Origin: Eledone cirrhosa
Lineage: Eukaryota
NCBI GenBank assembly: GCA_964016885.1
Contig: OZ024754.1
Location: forward strand, 23,312,001-23,376,000
DNA: 64,000 nucleotides
Reading direction: 5' to 3'
Shown here in pieces: positions 1 through 13,657 of the stretch (the first letter of the stretch is position 1; the number at the start of each line of letters is the position of its first letter). The position numbers were made by a program, and so were the translations under genes. The notes beneath the pieces were generated by a model. It was not told the origin of the DNA, searched no databases, and saw only the letters and a program-made list of their open reading frames with translations.

Positions 1-115
1 AAAGTGTTGGGTTACAACTAGTAAATATTTATAACTGATATAAAAGAACTCAACAAGTATTTGGAGTATATTTACGATATTAAATAAATGGAAACTATAT
101 TTATAAAACCATATT

Positions 116-181
116 TATTTCATTATATATATTTCAGGGATATCATATTAACAATATGCTATGCCTTCCTCAGACAAAATA
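116..181 (-). ncRNA. Minimal type I hammerhead ribozyme in PLE pLTR
   Basis: Reverse complement of the 338-403 motif: UAUUUUGU-CUGAGGA-AGG..CCU-GAAA-UAUAUA-UA-AUGAAAUA. Confidence 0.75.
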
Positions 182-337
182 CAATATAGACAGTTTTATA
201 GATAAATAGATTTGACATACCGTTCAACATCGACTTGTATTTGAAAAGTTGATTTGGACTGCCAAATCAACTTTTCAAATACAAGTCGATGTTGAACGGT
301 ATGTCAAATCTATTTATCTATAAAACTGTCTATATTG

Positions 338-403
338 TATTTTGTCTGAGGAAGGCATAGCATATTGTTAATATGATATCCCTGAAATATATATAATGAA
401 ATA
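338..403 (+). ncRNA. Minimal type I hammerhead ribozyme (inverted pLTR copy)
   Basis: Helix I TATTTTGT/ATGAAATA; core CTGAGGA (346-352); helix II AGG..CCT with inner stem CATATT/AATATG; GAAA (384-387); palindromic TATATA helix III; UA cleavage dinucleotide. Confidence 0.75.
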
Positions 404-443
404 AATATGGTTTTATAAATATAGTTTCCATTTATTTAATATC

Positions 444-673
<230 letters not shown>

Positions 674-674
<1 letters not shown>

Positions 675-848
675 AGGCGCATGGCTTAGTGGTTAGAGCA
701 TTGGGCTTGCAAACGAAGTGAGTTCAATTCACGGACCGTATGAGCAAGACAAGGTTAGCCGACCGGACACTGCCCACAACAGGACAGCACGTCTAACCCA
801 TGCTAGCGTGGAAGAACGGACGTAAAACGGTGATGATGATGATGATGA
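674..848 (+). mobile_element. tRNA-derived SINE with RTE-like 3' tail
   Basis: A-box-like TGGCTTAGTGG, B-box-like GAGTTCAATTC, ends ACCCATGCTAGCGTGGAAGAACGGACGTAAAACG(GAT)n. The same tail ends RTE fragments elsewhere in the window. Confidence 0.65.
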
Positions 849-1559
849 TATATACACGTGTATATTCATATATTATACATCATCATAGTTTAAGTTCCAT
901 TTTACAAGCTACCATGGGTCGGACGAGTTGTCCTGTTGTGTGAAAAGTTAGATCAAATGACCGTGTCTGGCTCATGCAAGAAACATGTCTGGCTTTTTTA
1001 TACGGCTGGATGTCCTTCCTAAATCTAACCACATTTACAGGGAGGACTTGGCATTTATTGTTGTGTTGCTAACATGACCAACCTACAGGGTGGACTGGGC
1101 ACTTTTCGTTGACTCACCACCAAGACCACCACCTAACAGAACTGACTGGGTGCTCTTGGTCATGTCACCAATTTGACTACTTTGAAGGGTGCTTCGGGTG
1201 CCTTCAGTCTTGCCACTAGCATGACTACTTTACAGAGTGGGCTACGGGCCTCCTGTCATGTCGAACTCACAGGTTGGACTGGGTGCTTATTTGTCATGTC
1301 ACCAGCATGACTACCTTGCAGGGAGGGTTAAGTACTCTTTTGTCATGACACCTGCACGACCACCTTACAGGGTTGCCTGAGGGCCATTTAAACAGCATTG
1401 GAGGAGAACATGTTAAGCTTTCCATACTTGTATGCATGGGTTGGTCAAGTGAGGTGTATCAGATGTGAAAGTGGGGGTGGGGTTGTGTGTATGTAGGGTG
1501 GAGATTGGAGAGGTAGGTCAGGGTGGTGTACTTAACTGGTAAGGGGGTGGTGTGTTAAG

Positions 1560-3165
1560 ATGTAGGGAGGAGGAAAATTGGAGCATACTTCAAACCACTA
1601 AATGTTGCTTCATCCTGTGGACATGGGAATGCAGGTCTCCTGTAGTACTGTATAACGCCAGAGATTTCAATCATGTGTCATCACCTTTAAGAGGTAGAAT
1701 GGTGTCAGATCAGTTTTTACCTCCTCATCCCAAGATTTCCTGGGTCTTCCTCTTCCATCAATTTCAAGCGGTCAACCTTTTATACACCATCTCTACCTTC
1801 ATACACATCACATGTCCATAACAATGCAATCTACACTCCTGCATACTGTATCTTATCCTTCTCATGCCCAGGTTCTCTCTCGGTTTATTGACACTTTGCT
1901 CTTCATGTATAATAATATTACACATCCAGCGGAGAAATCAAGCTTCATTTCTATCCAATCTTTGGAGCACACAGTGCCCATATCTCACTGCAATGCAGCA
2001 TTGCTGTGTGTATGCACACATCAATTTGATGAAACATCTTTTTTAGCTAGCAGCAGTAGTTGCAACCTAAACTCCTGCCATCTTGTTCTTACTCTGGTTT
2101 CTGTACTCTCAGAACACCTACCTCCACTGCTAATTTGGTCCCCCAGATAACAGAAACTGTCAACTGATTCTATGGAACCCATTAAATGTTTGATAGAGCT
2201 TGTCTCCTAAAAGCGATTGCTGCTTTTAGCTCCAGTGCAATGACCGTTTGTAAAATCTACGTTCTTAGCTAACTTAACATGTATCCCACTAAATCTCTTG
2301 TGTACCCATAGTCTATTTAGAGTAAATAATATTTCATACACATAACATGTATGTGTGACCATTGGTTTCCGAGTCCACTTAAAGCCACCACTGTTTAATG
2401 GGGGAGGCACTTCCAAACAGACCCTTCATTAGGCATGCTGACAAATATATTTTCACCCGAAACAGAGGAGAATTTCATATTGTAAAAAAGGGAGGTAAAT
2501 CTTTAGTGGTAGAATTGTCAGGCTTAATTATATATGAAATTAGACATACATAGAAGTAGTTGATAGCTTTTGCAATCGAGGTGACTTGAATAGCAGTGGA
2601 AGGAGCTGCTCTGAAAGATGAATAGCTAGAATAAGGATAGGATGGAAAAAGTTTAGAGAGCTACTGCAACAGTTGACCATAAAAGGTTTCTCTCTCTGGA
2701 CAACATTATGACACATGTGGGTGATGTGCAGTGATAAATGGTAACGAAACAAGGGCTGTGACTGCAGGGAGAGAAATGAAACAACCATGCTTTGTAGGAT
2801 ATGTTGTGTAAGTGTGAGAGAAAGGGAGAGCTTGGACGAGTTCAAGAAGAAGCTGGGTTTAAGAGTGATCTGAAGTGGTGTGTAAGAGAGAAGACTGTGT
2901 TTGTACGGACATGGGATGAACATGGATAATGACCACTGGGTGATAAAGTGCCAGGAAATCCCAGTAGAAGGAAGGCATAGTAGAGGTAGACCAAGAAAGA
3001 CCTGGACAGAGGCTGTGTGAACTGACTTAAATAACTGACTCTCACAGAGGACATGACAAAGGGACACGACGAGTTGAAAGATACCATGTTGAGAAGGACC
3101 TGTCCAACCCAAGCAAACATGGAAAAACGGATATAAAAACAGTGATGATGTTGATGAAGATGACG
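1560..3165. mobile_element. Two back-to-back decayed RTE-type LINE 3' fragments (minus ~1560-2400, plus ~2545-3165)
   Basis: Remnant motifs WVHKRFSGI, YLGDQIS, RIGWKKFREL, GRPRKTW shared with the RTE at 58.7-60.2 kb; (GAT)n tail; many stops. Confidence 0.7.
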
Positions 3166-3771
3166 TACATATACACACATACATAATCAAGTAAATCAAA
3201 TAGAGATATGCACATACTTATTTACAAACATATATATGGACACAAATTTCTACAGACATATATATAGCGTATGTAAATTCTGAACGCTACAGTTTTGTCA
3301 GCACAAGTCTTGGTTACAACTTCTACAAATAAAATGAAAGGAGAAAAATTTCTTAGTAAAACAGTTTTATTCAAAATATTTACATTGGTGGCACTATTTT
3401 AGATGAGTGATATGGTTTTTATCTGATTGTGTTGCATTAAGTAATCTTTACAAGAGAATGATTTATCACAGACATCACAGAGATATGGTTCCTCTCCTGT
3501 ATATGTTAGTCTGTAATGAAGCCACAACATTTAGAAAATGATTTACCACAGACATCCCAATTATATGGTTCCTCTCCTGTATATGTTAGTGTCTAGTGAA
3601 GCCACAACATTTAGAGAATGATTTACCAAATATATCAAAGTTATATGTCTTCCCAGCTGTATGTATATGTTTGTGTGTAGTTAATGTTCCCTCAGATGTC
3701 ACAATGATATGTATTTGTATTCTCATTAATTCACAAATTTGAGGGAATGATTTATCACTGATGTCAATGCG

Positions 3772-5034
<1,263 letters not shown>

Positions 5035-5379
5035 AATTATTTCTTCTTCAACAGAATATACAAATGTTTTACTTGTAATATTTTTTATATTATATTTCTT
5101 ATAAAATATTTCTTTTTCTATATTTCCCTCAACTATATTTCAGTTAATATCTGAAGATAATACAAACTTCTTTTTTATCCAAGTTTAGTTAAAATACAAA
5201 ACCATCTTATAGTGAAGAAAATAAACTCAATTTTGAGGAAATATTTCACAGTAATACGACAAGAGATAAACAGTGTTATATAAGTTCTGTTTAGAAAGTT
5301 TTAGTCTTAAAATGTTGATAAATAGATGTGATGTATCCAAGATTGAAAATAATAATTTATCCCAATGTCATCTGATATT

Positions 5380-5395
5380 CTGAAATAAGAAAGAA
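5380..5395 (-). promoter_or_regulatory. Putative 3' splice acceptor upstream of the ZNF coding exon
   Basis: Minus strand CTTTCTTATTTCAG|AATATC, conserved in the paralogue at ~56217-56232. Confidence 0.5.
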
Positions 5396-6617
5396 ACAGT
5401 ATGAGATAATACAGAATACTTTAGAAGCAGAGATAGATTTAACAGTGGAAATTTTATATTTCTATATTGGTAAACTCTAGATATCAACTTTCCTGTCCAG
5501 AGCAATTCTCTCCAATGTAAACAGTGGTATTCCAGCATGCTATATTAATTATATCCTTCTATCGCTTCAGAGGTCTGCTCTATGGCAGTTTAGCAAAAAA
5601 TTCATTCTTATAGGACTTATAAGAAAGAAACAGTATGAGATAATAGAGAATACTTAAAATACAGGGATAGATTTAACGCTGGAAATTTTATATTTTTACC
5701 ATATTTCCCAGCGTTGAAGACGTTACTTTTTCCCTAATATAAGTCTCAAAAATCTACCATACGTCCTGGAGGCCGAAGGTTGTTTATTATTATTTTTTTA
5801 ACTTTGACGACTTCGGCGCCGGTAGATATGTCAACCTACAGCTGCACCATCACTGTAGCGGTGTCATCTAGTACAGGGCCCCCAAACTGTGGTAACCTTG
5901 TGAGATGGGTTTGGCTCGGTCGACTGGCTACGCTCCCCATAGTGGCGCAGCCAACTGGCCAGCCCTTCTCGTAACCGTACCATCCAGTACCAGTCCCCAT
6001 AACTATGGTAACCTCATGAAAAGGGTTTAGCGCAGCTGGCTGGCCACCTCTCCTCATAATGGTGCCACCCACTACCAGGCCCCCAAATTATAGTTCCACT
6101 GTGAGATGGGTTCAGTGCAGCCAACTGGCCTGTCCCTCCTCATAACAGAGCCATCCAGTTTCACACTGTAAACATGGTTCATGTTAGGAAGGGAATCCAG
6201 CTGCAAAATACCCAACCAAATTTACAGACCTCGCCTGAGAAAGGTGTGTCAAATGGCCAACCCTGTCCAGACTTGCCCCCTGGTGTGGATGACCCTTCTA
6301 ACCCATGCAAGAATGGAAGAATGGACGTTAAATGGTGATGACACAGACATATATATATATCCCACCCACACTGGACATGTAAAAGTCACAGCAAAAAGCA
6401 CACAACCCGCACTGTAAATATATCCACATCCATCCTTGAGTTAATGGTGCCAACCTTAACCGATGTTGCTCTATGAATAACTGGGACAAACCAATCCGAA
6501 TGGATTAGACTGAACCAGTATCAGAGCTAAAAGTACATTATGAAGAGAGAAGAAACATTTAGATATAATTAGTAATAAGATGTATCATACCTAAACTGCT
6601 TCTAGATTCCTCGTATA

Positions 6618-6682
<65 letters not shown>

Positions 6683-6809
6683 AAAGTTATATTTAAATTG
6701 TTGGGTTACAACTAGTAAATATTTATAACTGATATAAAAGCACTCAACAAGTATTTGGAGTATATTTACGATATTAAATAAATGGAAACTATATTTATAA
6801 AACCATATT

Positions 6810-6875
6810 TATTTCATTATATATATTTCAGGGATATCATATTAACAATATGTTATGCCTTCCTCAGACAAAATA
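6810..6875 (-). ncRNA. Minimal type I hammerhead ribozyme, 3' pLTR
   Basis: Same fold as 338-403, in sense orientation to the RT ORF; intact CUGAGGA/GAAA/UA core. Confidence 0.75.
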
Positions 6876-8227
6876 CAATATAGACAGTTTTATAGATAAA
6901 TAGATTTGACATACCGTTCAACATCGACTTGTATTTGAAAAAGTTGATTTGGCAGTGAAAAATTGTAAACAGAAAGAAAGAAAGAAAGAAAGAAGGAAAG
7001 AAAGAAAACGAAGAAATAGAAGAAAAAGAAGAAATGCATGCAACAAAATAGAGAGATGGAAAGATAGATAAAGAGAAGAACTTCATGTAAAGAAACAGAG
7101 AGAGATATATATAGAGAGAGGAAATAGATAGAGATAGATATATATATATATAGAGAAAAGTAGGTAGTTGAACATCCGTTGAATGAACGTATCAATGATA
7201 CATTTATTTATTTATTTATTTATTTAGCTCTAGTATTAATGTAAGGGAGATATATGTGGTTAGGAAAGAAACCAGCCGTTATATAGAGAGAAAAATGAAA
7301 AGTAACCAGACATAGGCGAGGCAGAATTTAAAAACCCTATGTTTTAATGTAGAAATATTAGTTCGTATAAAAACCAGGCACTATAATGTAAATATCAGTA
7401 TTCCTGAATGAGACACGTATCCATAATGTGTGAAAAGTAATGATCTTATGTCTAGTTTTAAAAATTCATATGTTTATATGATAACTACAAACATCGATGT
7501 GAATTTACGTGATCAACTCTGCAAACCCCTATTTCACACGGAGAACATTCTCATTGTGCTATAAAAATTTAAGTATACATATATGTGTATATATACATAT
7601 ATATATAGAGTCTATATTAATTTTAACAATACTATTCTTGTCTTTACTCTACATGATTATCTATCAAGCAGAAATAGAGAACAGATTTCAATATATTAAT
7701 AAAAAATATCAGAAACAAAAACAAAAAATAATAATAATAATAATAATAATAAACAAATAAATAAAATAGAAAACTAAAAAATATTACATATTAAAAATAA
7801 AAATATTAAAAATATTAAAAAATATTAAAATAATAAAAATAAAAACATAATAGAAACATAATATGCCACGCAAATCGACCACAAAGATCAACCCTTCAAA
7901 ATTAATTGACAATATATTGCCAAGTTCATTATAAGCATCAGAGTCGAAAACAGACAAAGCTAAAAATTATTTACCAAATCGCGTCTAGCAGAAATCATTT
8001 CAAAAAGTTTAGGATGCCCATTTGGTCTACATATGTTCTTATATTTAATATAGAAGTTTATCTAGTGTAACGTTTATTCGATATATTTGGAGCATCAACT
8101 TTTAGGGTAGTTTAATTTTTCATGAAGAATGTTTAAATAAAAATTAAAATAAAAAGAAGAATAAAAAGAAGAAATCGAAAGATTTATCGGCTAGTTTCCC
8201 AAATAATTATAAATCAAACTAAATATA

Positions 8228-10450
8228 CTACATTTTAAATTTAAATTTATATTTAAAAGTTGAGTTCAATCTATGTTTGCAGCAACTGAATAAATTTGTC
8301 CGTAGATTAAGGGAATTTTTAGATTTTAGTATAAAGAATATCTCCTCCGCGCAGAGGTCACATGTCTCAGAGGATGAATTAAAAGGAATCCCTCTTGAGA
8401 CTATATTCCAAGCCGTCGAATATCTAACGTTATCTTGCCTAAGTTGCCAGAGTACGCCTGATAGTGCTGTTGAAGATTTTTTGCTTGGATCTGTGAAAGA
8501 ATTCTTGTGGTTATTATAGCGAAGTTTAAATTCCGTCGATGTGGAACCGACGTAGTTAAAAGAATTAGAGTCCGTTTTAACATTACAGTTGTATATTATA
8601 TTTTTAACTAAGCAGTTGTTATTTAACGGACATTTAGATCTATCTCTACAGTTACATTTGTTAACTTGTATATTATTTATGCTATTATCGCTAGGTTTTA
8701 AGTTCCTATTATTTATTCTATTAATATTTTGTGCTAAATTTTTGGTGGATGAGTAGGTTAATTTTATAGTATGTCTATTGAAAATTGAGTGATACCTATG
8801 TGTTCTAGGGAAGCGATTATCAAGAGCTTTAAAAAATAGTTTAGCGATGTGGGTTTTAATGTTTAGTGAGAAAGGGGGGGGGGGGGGGGCAAACCATATT
8901 ATGTTCCTAGTTCTATTTCTTTTTTGGCTTTTGGAATTATTGTAATGCTTTCTATTATAGTTGTTAAGGTTGTGGCCGTAATTAAAATAGTTGTTATTTT
9001 GTTTAGTTTGTCTATCATTATCTATATACATAATCTTATCACTATATCCTGCTCTAGCTAACGCTTCATTGTAGTACTGGGCTTTTTCGTCGAAAATCTT
9101 TCTATTAGACGAGATTCTAGAGATACGTTTTTGAACAGAGTTTACTATAGTGTTTTTGACAGATCTGGGGTGGTTAGAGTTAAAGCTGACATAGTTTAAG
9201 TTTTCATTCAACTTGTGAAATGGATAGTGAAGACATGTGTTGAGATTTAATGTTATATCTAGGAAATTGACTATTCTATGGTTGTTCTCAATTTCTATTT
9301 TTAGATTAAAGTAATTAAAAAATTGTGTAATTTGTTTTCTTTTTCTATTTAGTTCAGAGTTATTATTATCAATAAGTAAAAGCATCTCATCTCTATATAA
9401 ACCTCCGGTAGTACCAGGTATTTTCCTATGTAGCGAATTGATTAAAAATAAGCCCACAAGGTCAGTTACCTGAGCTGAGTCGGATGATCCCATAGTAATG
9501 TCAAAATTGCTATCTCTATCTGCTCTGGTCCATAGTTGGTCATTAAATTCTATCAATGTTTTCCTAGCCGATAATATAATGTGCATTTCATTGCTAGTTA
9601 GGTCTGTATGTTTGAATGCGTAATTTAGTGCCTTATTTAGTAGATTAGGGGTAATAGAAGAATAATAGTTAGCAATATCAAGTTGAATAAACTTATTATT
9701 ATTGTTATATTTAATTTGCTTAAACCACTCAACCACCTCTCCAGTTCCCTTCCACAAGCTCAGGTTAGGTAAACAATCCAAGTTTTTAATTTGCTGTATC
9801 ACCCTGTCAAGAATGTTTTTGCTTAATTTGCCCAGGTCCGATTTTGATGGTGCGATCAATCTAACTGGCAAGTCATTTTCAAAATTCCTTTTGTGATCTT
9901 TCATATTGATCTTCGGTTTCCTGGGCACGAAAGGTTGTGTTCTGTTCTCAATTTCCAACTCGTGCATTATACAAGATGCTTCAACATTCATTTTCTCAAG
10001 CTCGGCCTTATCTGCTACCTTGTACTTTTTCCTCAGTTCCTTCAGTATGAGGCCATTATACATGTCCTTCTGCACTCCATAGAGGTTGTTGGTCTTGTCA
10101 GATTTCACCAAGATCTTCTCAGTTTTCTCTAAGCTCTCAATATTATCCTTAATGCCTTTCAGATATTCCTGGCCTTTGAAGTTTCTCTTGAATTTGACCC
10201 CTTGTATGATAGAAATTATATCGTTTTCAAAGTCAGATAAAAGTTTGTTAGGGGGTGGATTTCTTTTAGATTTGAAAACTTTGTTTAAGTCCGAGACATT
10301 TTCATTTATATTAGATTTATCAAAGTGGAATGCTCGCCACCTGATTCTCCTTATAAAAGAGTCAGATTTATCTATTAATTGTTTTATAAAGTCTTTGTTT
10401 CTAGGTAGAGGTATGTCTTTTAAAGAGGAAGTAATCTTAAAGAATTCCAT
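8228..10450 (-). CDS. PLE reverse transcriptase + GIY-YIG endonuclease polyprotein (740 aa)
   Basis: N-term SLKDIPLP..FIRRIRWRAF; RT motifs QLDIANYY, ITMGSSDS, GLYRDE, NFLDI; CNCx5Cx5C linker; NIIY..YVGST..FKLRYNNH; C-terminal CDLCAEE..LNLR..CKH. Confidence 0.92.
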   Translation of the reverse strand: MEFFKITSSLKDIPLPRNKDFIKQLIDKSDSFIRRIRWRAFHFDKSNINENVSDLNKVFKSKRNPPPNKLLSDFENDIISIIQGVKFKRNFKGQEYLKGIKDNIESLEKTEKILVKSDKTNNLYGVQKDMYNGLILKELRKKYKVADKAELEKMNVEASCIMHELEIENRTQPFVPRKPKINMKDHKRNFENDLPVRLIAPSKSDLGKLSKNILDRVIQQIKNLDCLPNLSLWKGTGEVVEWFKQIKYNNNNKFIQLDIANYYSSITPNLLNKALNYAFKHTDLTSNEMHIILSARKTLIEFNDQLWTRADRDSNFDITMGSSDSAQVTDLVGLFLINSLHRKIPGTTGGLYRDEMLLLIDNNNSELNRKRKQITQFFNYFNLKIEIENNHRIVNFLDITLNLNTCLHYPFHKLNENLNYVSFNSNHPRSVKNTIVNSVQKRISRISSNRKIFDEKAQYYNEALARAGYSDKIMYIDNDRQTKQNNNYFNYGHNLNNYNRKHYNNSKSQKRNRTRNIIWFAPPPPPFSLNIKTHIAKLFFKALDNRFPRTHRYHSIFNRHTIKLTYSSTKNLAQNINRINNRNLKPSDNSINNIQVNKCNCRDRSKCPLNNNCLVKNIIYNCNVKTDSNSFNYVGSTSTEFKLRYNNHKNSFTDPSKKSSTALSGVLWQLRQDNVRYSTAWNIVSRGIPFNSSSETCDLCAEEIFFILKSKNSLNLRTNLFSCCKHRLNSTFKYKFKFKM

Positions 10451-10628
10451 TTTTTCAGTTATAATATAAAGCGTTCAACAGTATTGGAGCAAGATACATG
10501 GAAAGTTATATTTAAATTGTTGGGTTACAACTAGTAAATATTTATAACTGATATAAAAGCACTCAACAAGTATTTGGAGTATATTTACGATATTAAATAA
10601 ATGGAAACTGTATTTATAAAACCATATT

Positions 10629-10694
10629 TATTTCATTATATATATTTCAGGGATATCATATTAACAATATGTTATGCCTTCCTCAGACAAAATA
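10629..10694 (-). ncRNA. Minimal type I hammerhead ribozyme, 5' pLTR
   Basis: Same sequence as 6810-6875; lies ~180 nt upstream of the ORF ATG. Confidence 0.75.
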
Positions 10695-12141
10695 CAATAT
10701 AGACAGTTTTATAGATAAATAGATTTGACATACCGTTCAACATCGACTTGTATTTGAAAAAGTTGATTTGGCAGTGAAAAATTGTAAACAGAAAGAAAGA
10801 AAGAAAGAAAGAAGGAAAGAAAGAAAACGAAGAAAAAGAAGAAAAAGAAGAAATGCATGCAACAAAATAGAGAGATGGAAAGATAGATAAAGAGAAGAAC
10901 TTCATGTAAAGAAACAGAGAGATATATATAGAGAGAGAGGAAATAGATAGAGATAGATATATATATATATATAGAGAAAAGTAGGTAGTTGAACATCCGT
11001 TGAATGAACGTATCAATGATACATTTATTTATTTATTTATTTATTTAGCTCTAGTATTAATGTAAGGGAGATATATGTGGTTAGGAAAGAAACCAGCCGT
11101 TATATAGAGAGAAAAATGAAAAGTAACCAGACATAGGCGAGGCAGAATTTAAAAACCCTATGTTTTAATGTAGAAATATTAGTTCGTATAAAAACCAGGC
11201 ACTATAATGTAAATATCAGTATTCCTGAATGAGACACGTATCCATTTTTTAGTTTTCTATTTTATTATTATTATTATTATTATTTTTTGTTTTTGTTTCT
11301 GATATTTTTTATTAATATATTGAAATCTGTTCTCTATTTCTGCTTGATAGATAATCATGTAGAGTAAAGACAAGAATAGTATTGTTAAAATTAATATAGA
11401 CTCTATATATATGTGTATATATACACATATATGTATACTTAAATTTTTATAGCACAATGAGAATGTTCTCCGTGTGAAATAGGGGTTTGCAGAGTTGATC
11501 ACGTAAATTCACATCGATGTTTGTAGTTATCATATAAACATATGAATTTTTAAAACTAGACATAAGATCATTACTTTTCACACATTATGGATACGTGTCT
11601 CATTCAGGAATACTGATATTTACATTATAGTGCCTGGTTTTTATACGAACTAATATTTCTACATTAAAACATAGGGTTTTTAAATTCTGCCTCGCCTATG
11701 TCTGGTTACTTTTCATTTTTCTCTCTATATAACGGCTAGTTTCTTTCCTAACCACATATATCTCCCTTACATTAATACTAGAGCTAAATAAATAAATAAA
11801 TAAATATATAAATAAATGTATCATTGATACGTTCATTCAACGGATGTTCAACTACCTACTTTTCTCTATATATATATATCTATCTCTATCTATTTCCTCT
11901 CTCTATATATCTCTCTCTCTGTTTCTTTACATGAAGTTCTTCTCTTTATCTATCTTTCCATCTCTCTATTTTGTTGCATGCATTTCTTCTTTTTCTTCTT
12001 TTTCTTCGTTTTCTTTCTTTCTTTCCATCTTTCTTTCTTTCTTTCTGTTTACAATTTTTCACTGCCAAATCAACTTTTTCAAATACAAGTCGATGTTGAA
12101 CGGTATGTCAAATCTATTTATCTATAAAACTGTCTATATTG

Positions 12142-12207
12142 TATTTTGTCTGAGGGAGGCATAACATATTGTTAATATGATATCCCTGAAATATATATAA
12201 TGAAATA
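12142..12207 (+). ncRNA. Hammerhead copy in inverted pLTR with core substitution (CUGAGGG)
   Basis: Same fold as the other copies, but the conserved A9 is changed to G. Confidence 0.6.
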
Positions 12208-12250
12208 AATATGGTTTTATAAATATAGTTTCCATTTATTTAATATCGTA

Positions 12251-12403
12251 TATATATATATATATATATATATACATACATATATATACGTATGTATGTA
12301 TATGTGTGTATATGTGTGTATATGTGTATATATGGATGTGTATGTTTGTTTACTAAGGTGTATGATCTGTTGACAAACTCCTAACTCCTTTCCCGGGGTT
12401 GAA

Positions 12404-12449
<46 letters not shown>

Positions 12450-13404
12450 CGTGTATATATGTATATGTATATATATCTCAGTCGATGCGACCAGATTTCA
12501 ACACAGCAACAACAACAACTACAACAGCAACTACAACAACAACACCAACTACAACAACAGCAACAACACCATTGTCTGTGTTGAATGTGTGTGTATGTAT
12601 GTATATATGTATATGTGCGTCAGTCAAACAACCAGATTTCAACCCCAACATCTACAACAACAACACCGGCACTAACGTTTACAGCAACAACAGCTTCAGA
12701 ATGAAATGAAATGAACATTTACAACAACAACAGCGGCATCAAATGATTAAAAACACACACGCACACACAAAAAAGAAAAAAGAGAAAAAAACACACACAC
12801 ACAACAACACAACAACAACATCAACTGTGTGTTTGTTTGTATGCATGAGTGTTGGTGTGTGCGCGCGTATGTATTCGTGTGTATGCGCGTGTGTGTAGTT
12901 ACCGATGATTTTGATCTTTTCTTCTTTTCGGGTTATAACTACTGTCACTCAGAGAGTGGGATTGGCTCAGTGCACAGTCTTTGCTCACTTTAAAAATATT
13001 TTTTACGCACAGGCCTTTCACTATTGCATTAATTAATAATTATTAATAGTGTATTATGATTAGGCGGTGGATTGGCAGTATCGGTAGAGGGTCGGATGCC
13101 ATGCTTTGAAGCATAGAGTTACCTCCCTGAATGATCTGAGTTCAAATCCCGCCGAGGTTAACTTTGCCTTTCATCCTTCCGGGGTCGATAGAATAAAGTA
13201 CCAGTAATGCATTGGTAAATTGCTGGCCTTGTGCCAAAAGTAGAAACAATTATTATTATTATTATTATTATTGTTATTGTTCTGTGTGTCTCAGTCATTG
13301 ATGTTATTTAACTGGAAAGTTTGTTGAAATGAATATCAAGCCACTACCTGCAGCCTCAGATATTCAGGACGTATCGGAGGGTTCTTGCTGTTCCCAGCAA
13401 GCAT
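12251..13404. repeat. ~1.15-kb direct duplication (microsatellites + SINE + LINE 3' end), copy of ~15830-16976
   Basis: Near-identical collinear sequence; duplicated spurious ORFs 12407/15972 and 12739/16290. Confidence 0.9.
13063..13250 (+). mobile_element. tRNA-derived SINE with Nin/Deu-like central domain (other copies ~16634-16820, ~42130-42270, ~47185-47325)
   Basis: B-box GAGTTCAAATCC followed by GCCGAGGTTAACTTTGCCTTTCATCCTTCCGGGGTCGATA..AAGTACCAGT; (ATT)n tail. Confidence 0.7.
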
Positions 13405-13657
13405 TAGAAAGAAACGAAGCCTGCATGCTCCGATGGATGTGTAATAGCAATATACGCGAACGGCAATATGCTACAATGCATATCTTCCTCCCTTTGTTAC
13501 GATTCAACCTATTTTCCTCTCTCTATCATTTGATCATTTCTCCCTTCTCTTGTTCCTACGATCAAATCTCATTTTTCTCTCTTTCCTCATGATTTGCTAT
13601 CTCGATCTCTCACTTCCACTATCTACAATAATGAGGTATGAATATATTATTATTATT

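Larger units (their letters stand above)
6681..12250 (-). mobile_element. Near-full-length Penelope-like retroelement (probably Naiad clade) with direct pLTRs and an inverted 5' pLTR, inserted in (TA)n
   Basis: 6681-7424 is directly repeated at 10501-11245. 11246-12250 is the reverse complement of ~6767-7780. An RT+GIY-YIG ORF lies in between and (TA)n flanks both sides. Confidence 0.9.

Noticed and set aside
674-740. tRNA gene
   Set aside because: It has A/B-box-like motifs only, no cloverleaf, and continues into a SINE body and tail.
7395-7460. Antisense hammerhead-like CTGAATGA-GACAC..GTGT-GAAA in the pLTR
   Set aside because: The core has an extra nucleotide and no helix I partner could be found.
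6853-7760. Hydrophobic small ORFs in the pLTRs (repeated at 10672-12164)
   Set aside because: They derive from GA/GAAA/TA simple repeats in the pLTR; their recurrence only reflects pLTR duplication.
8228-10450. Selenocysteine-encoding Naiad (reported for some Naiads)
   Set aside because: The ORF has no in-frame TGA; the Cys positions are ordinary codons.
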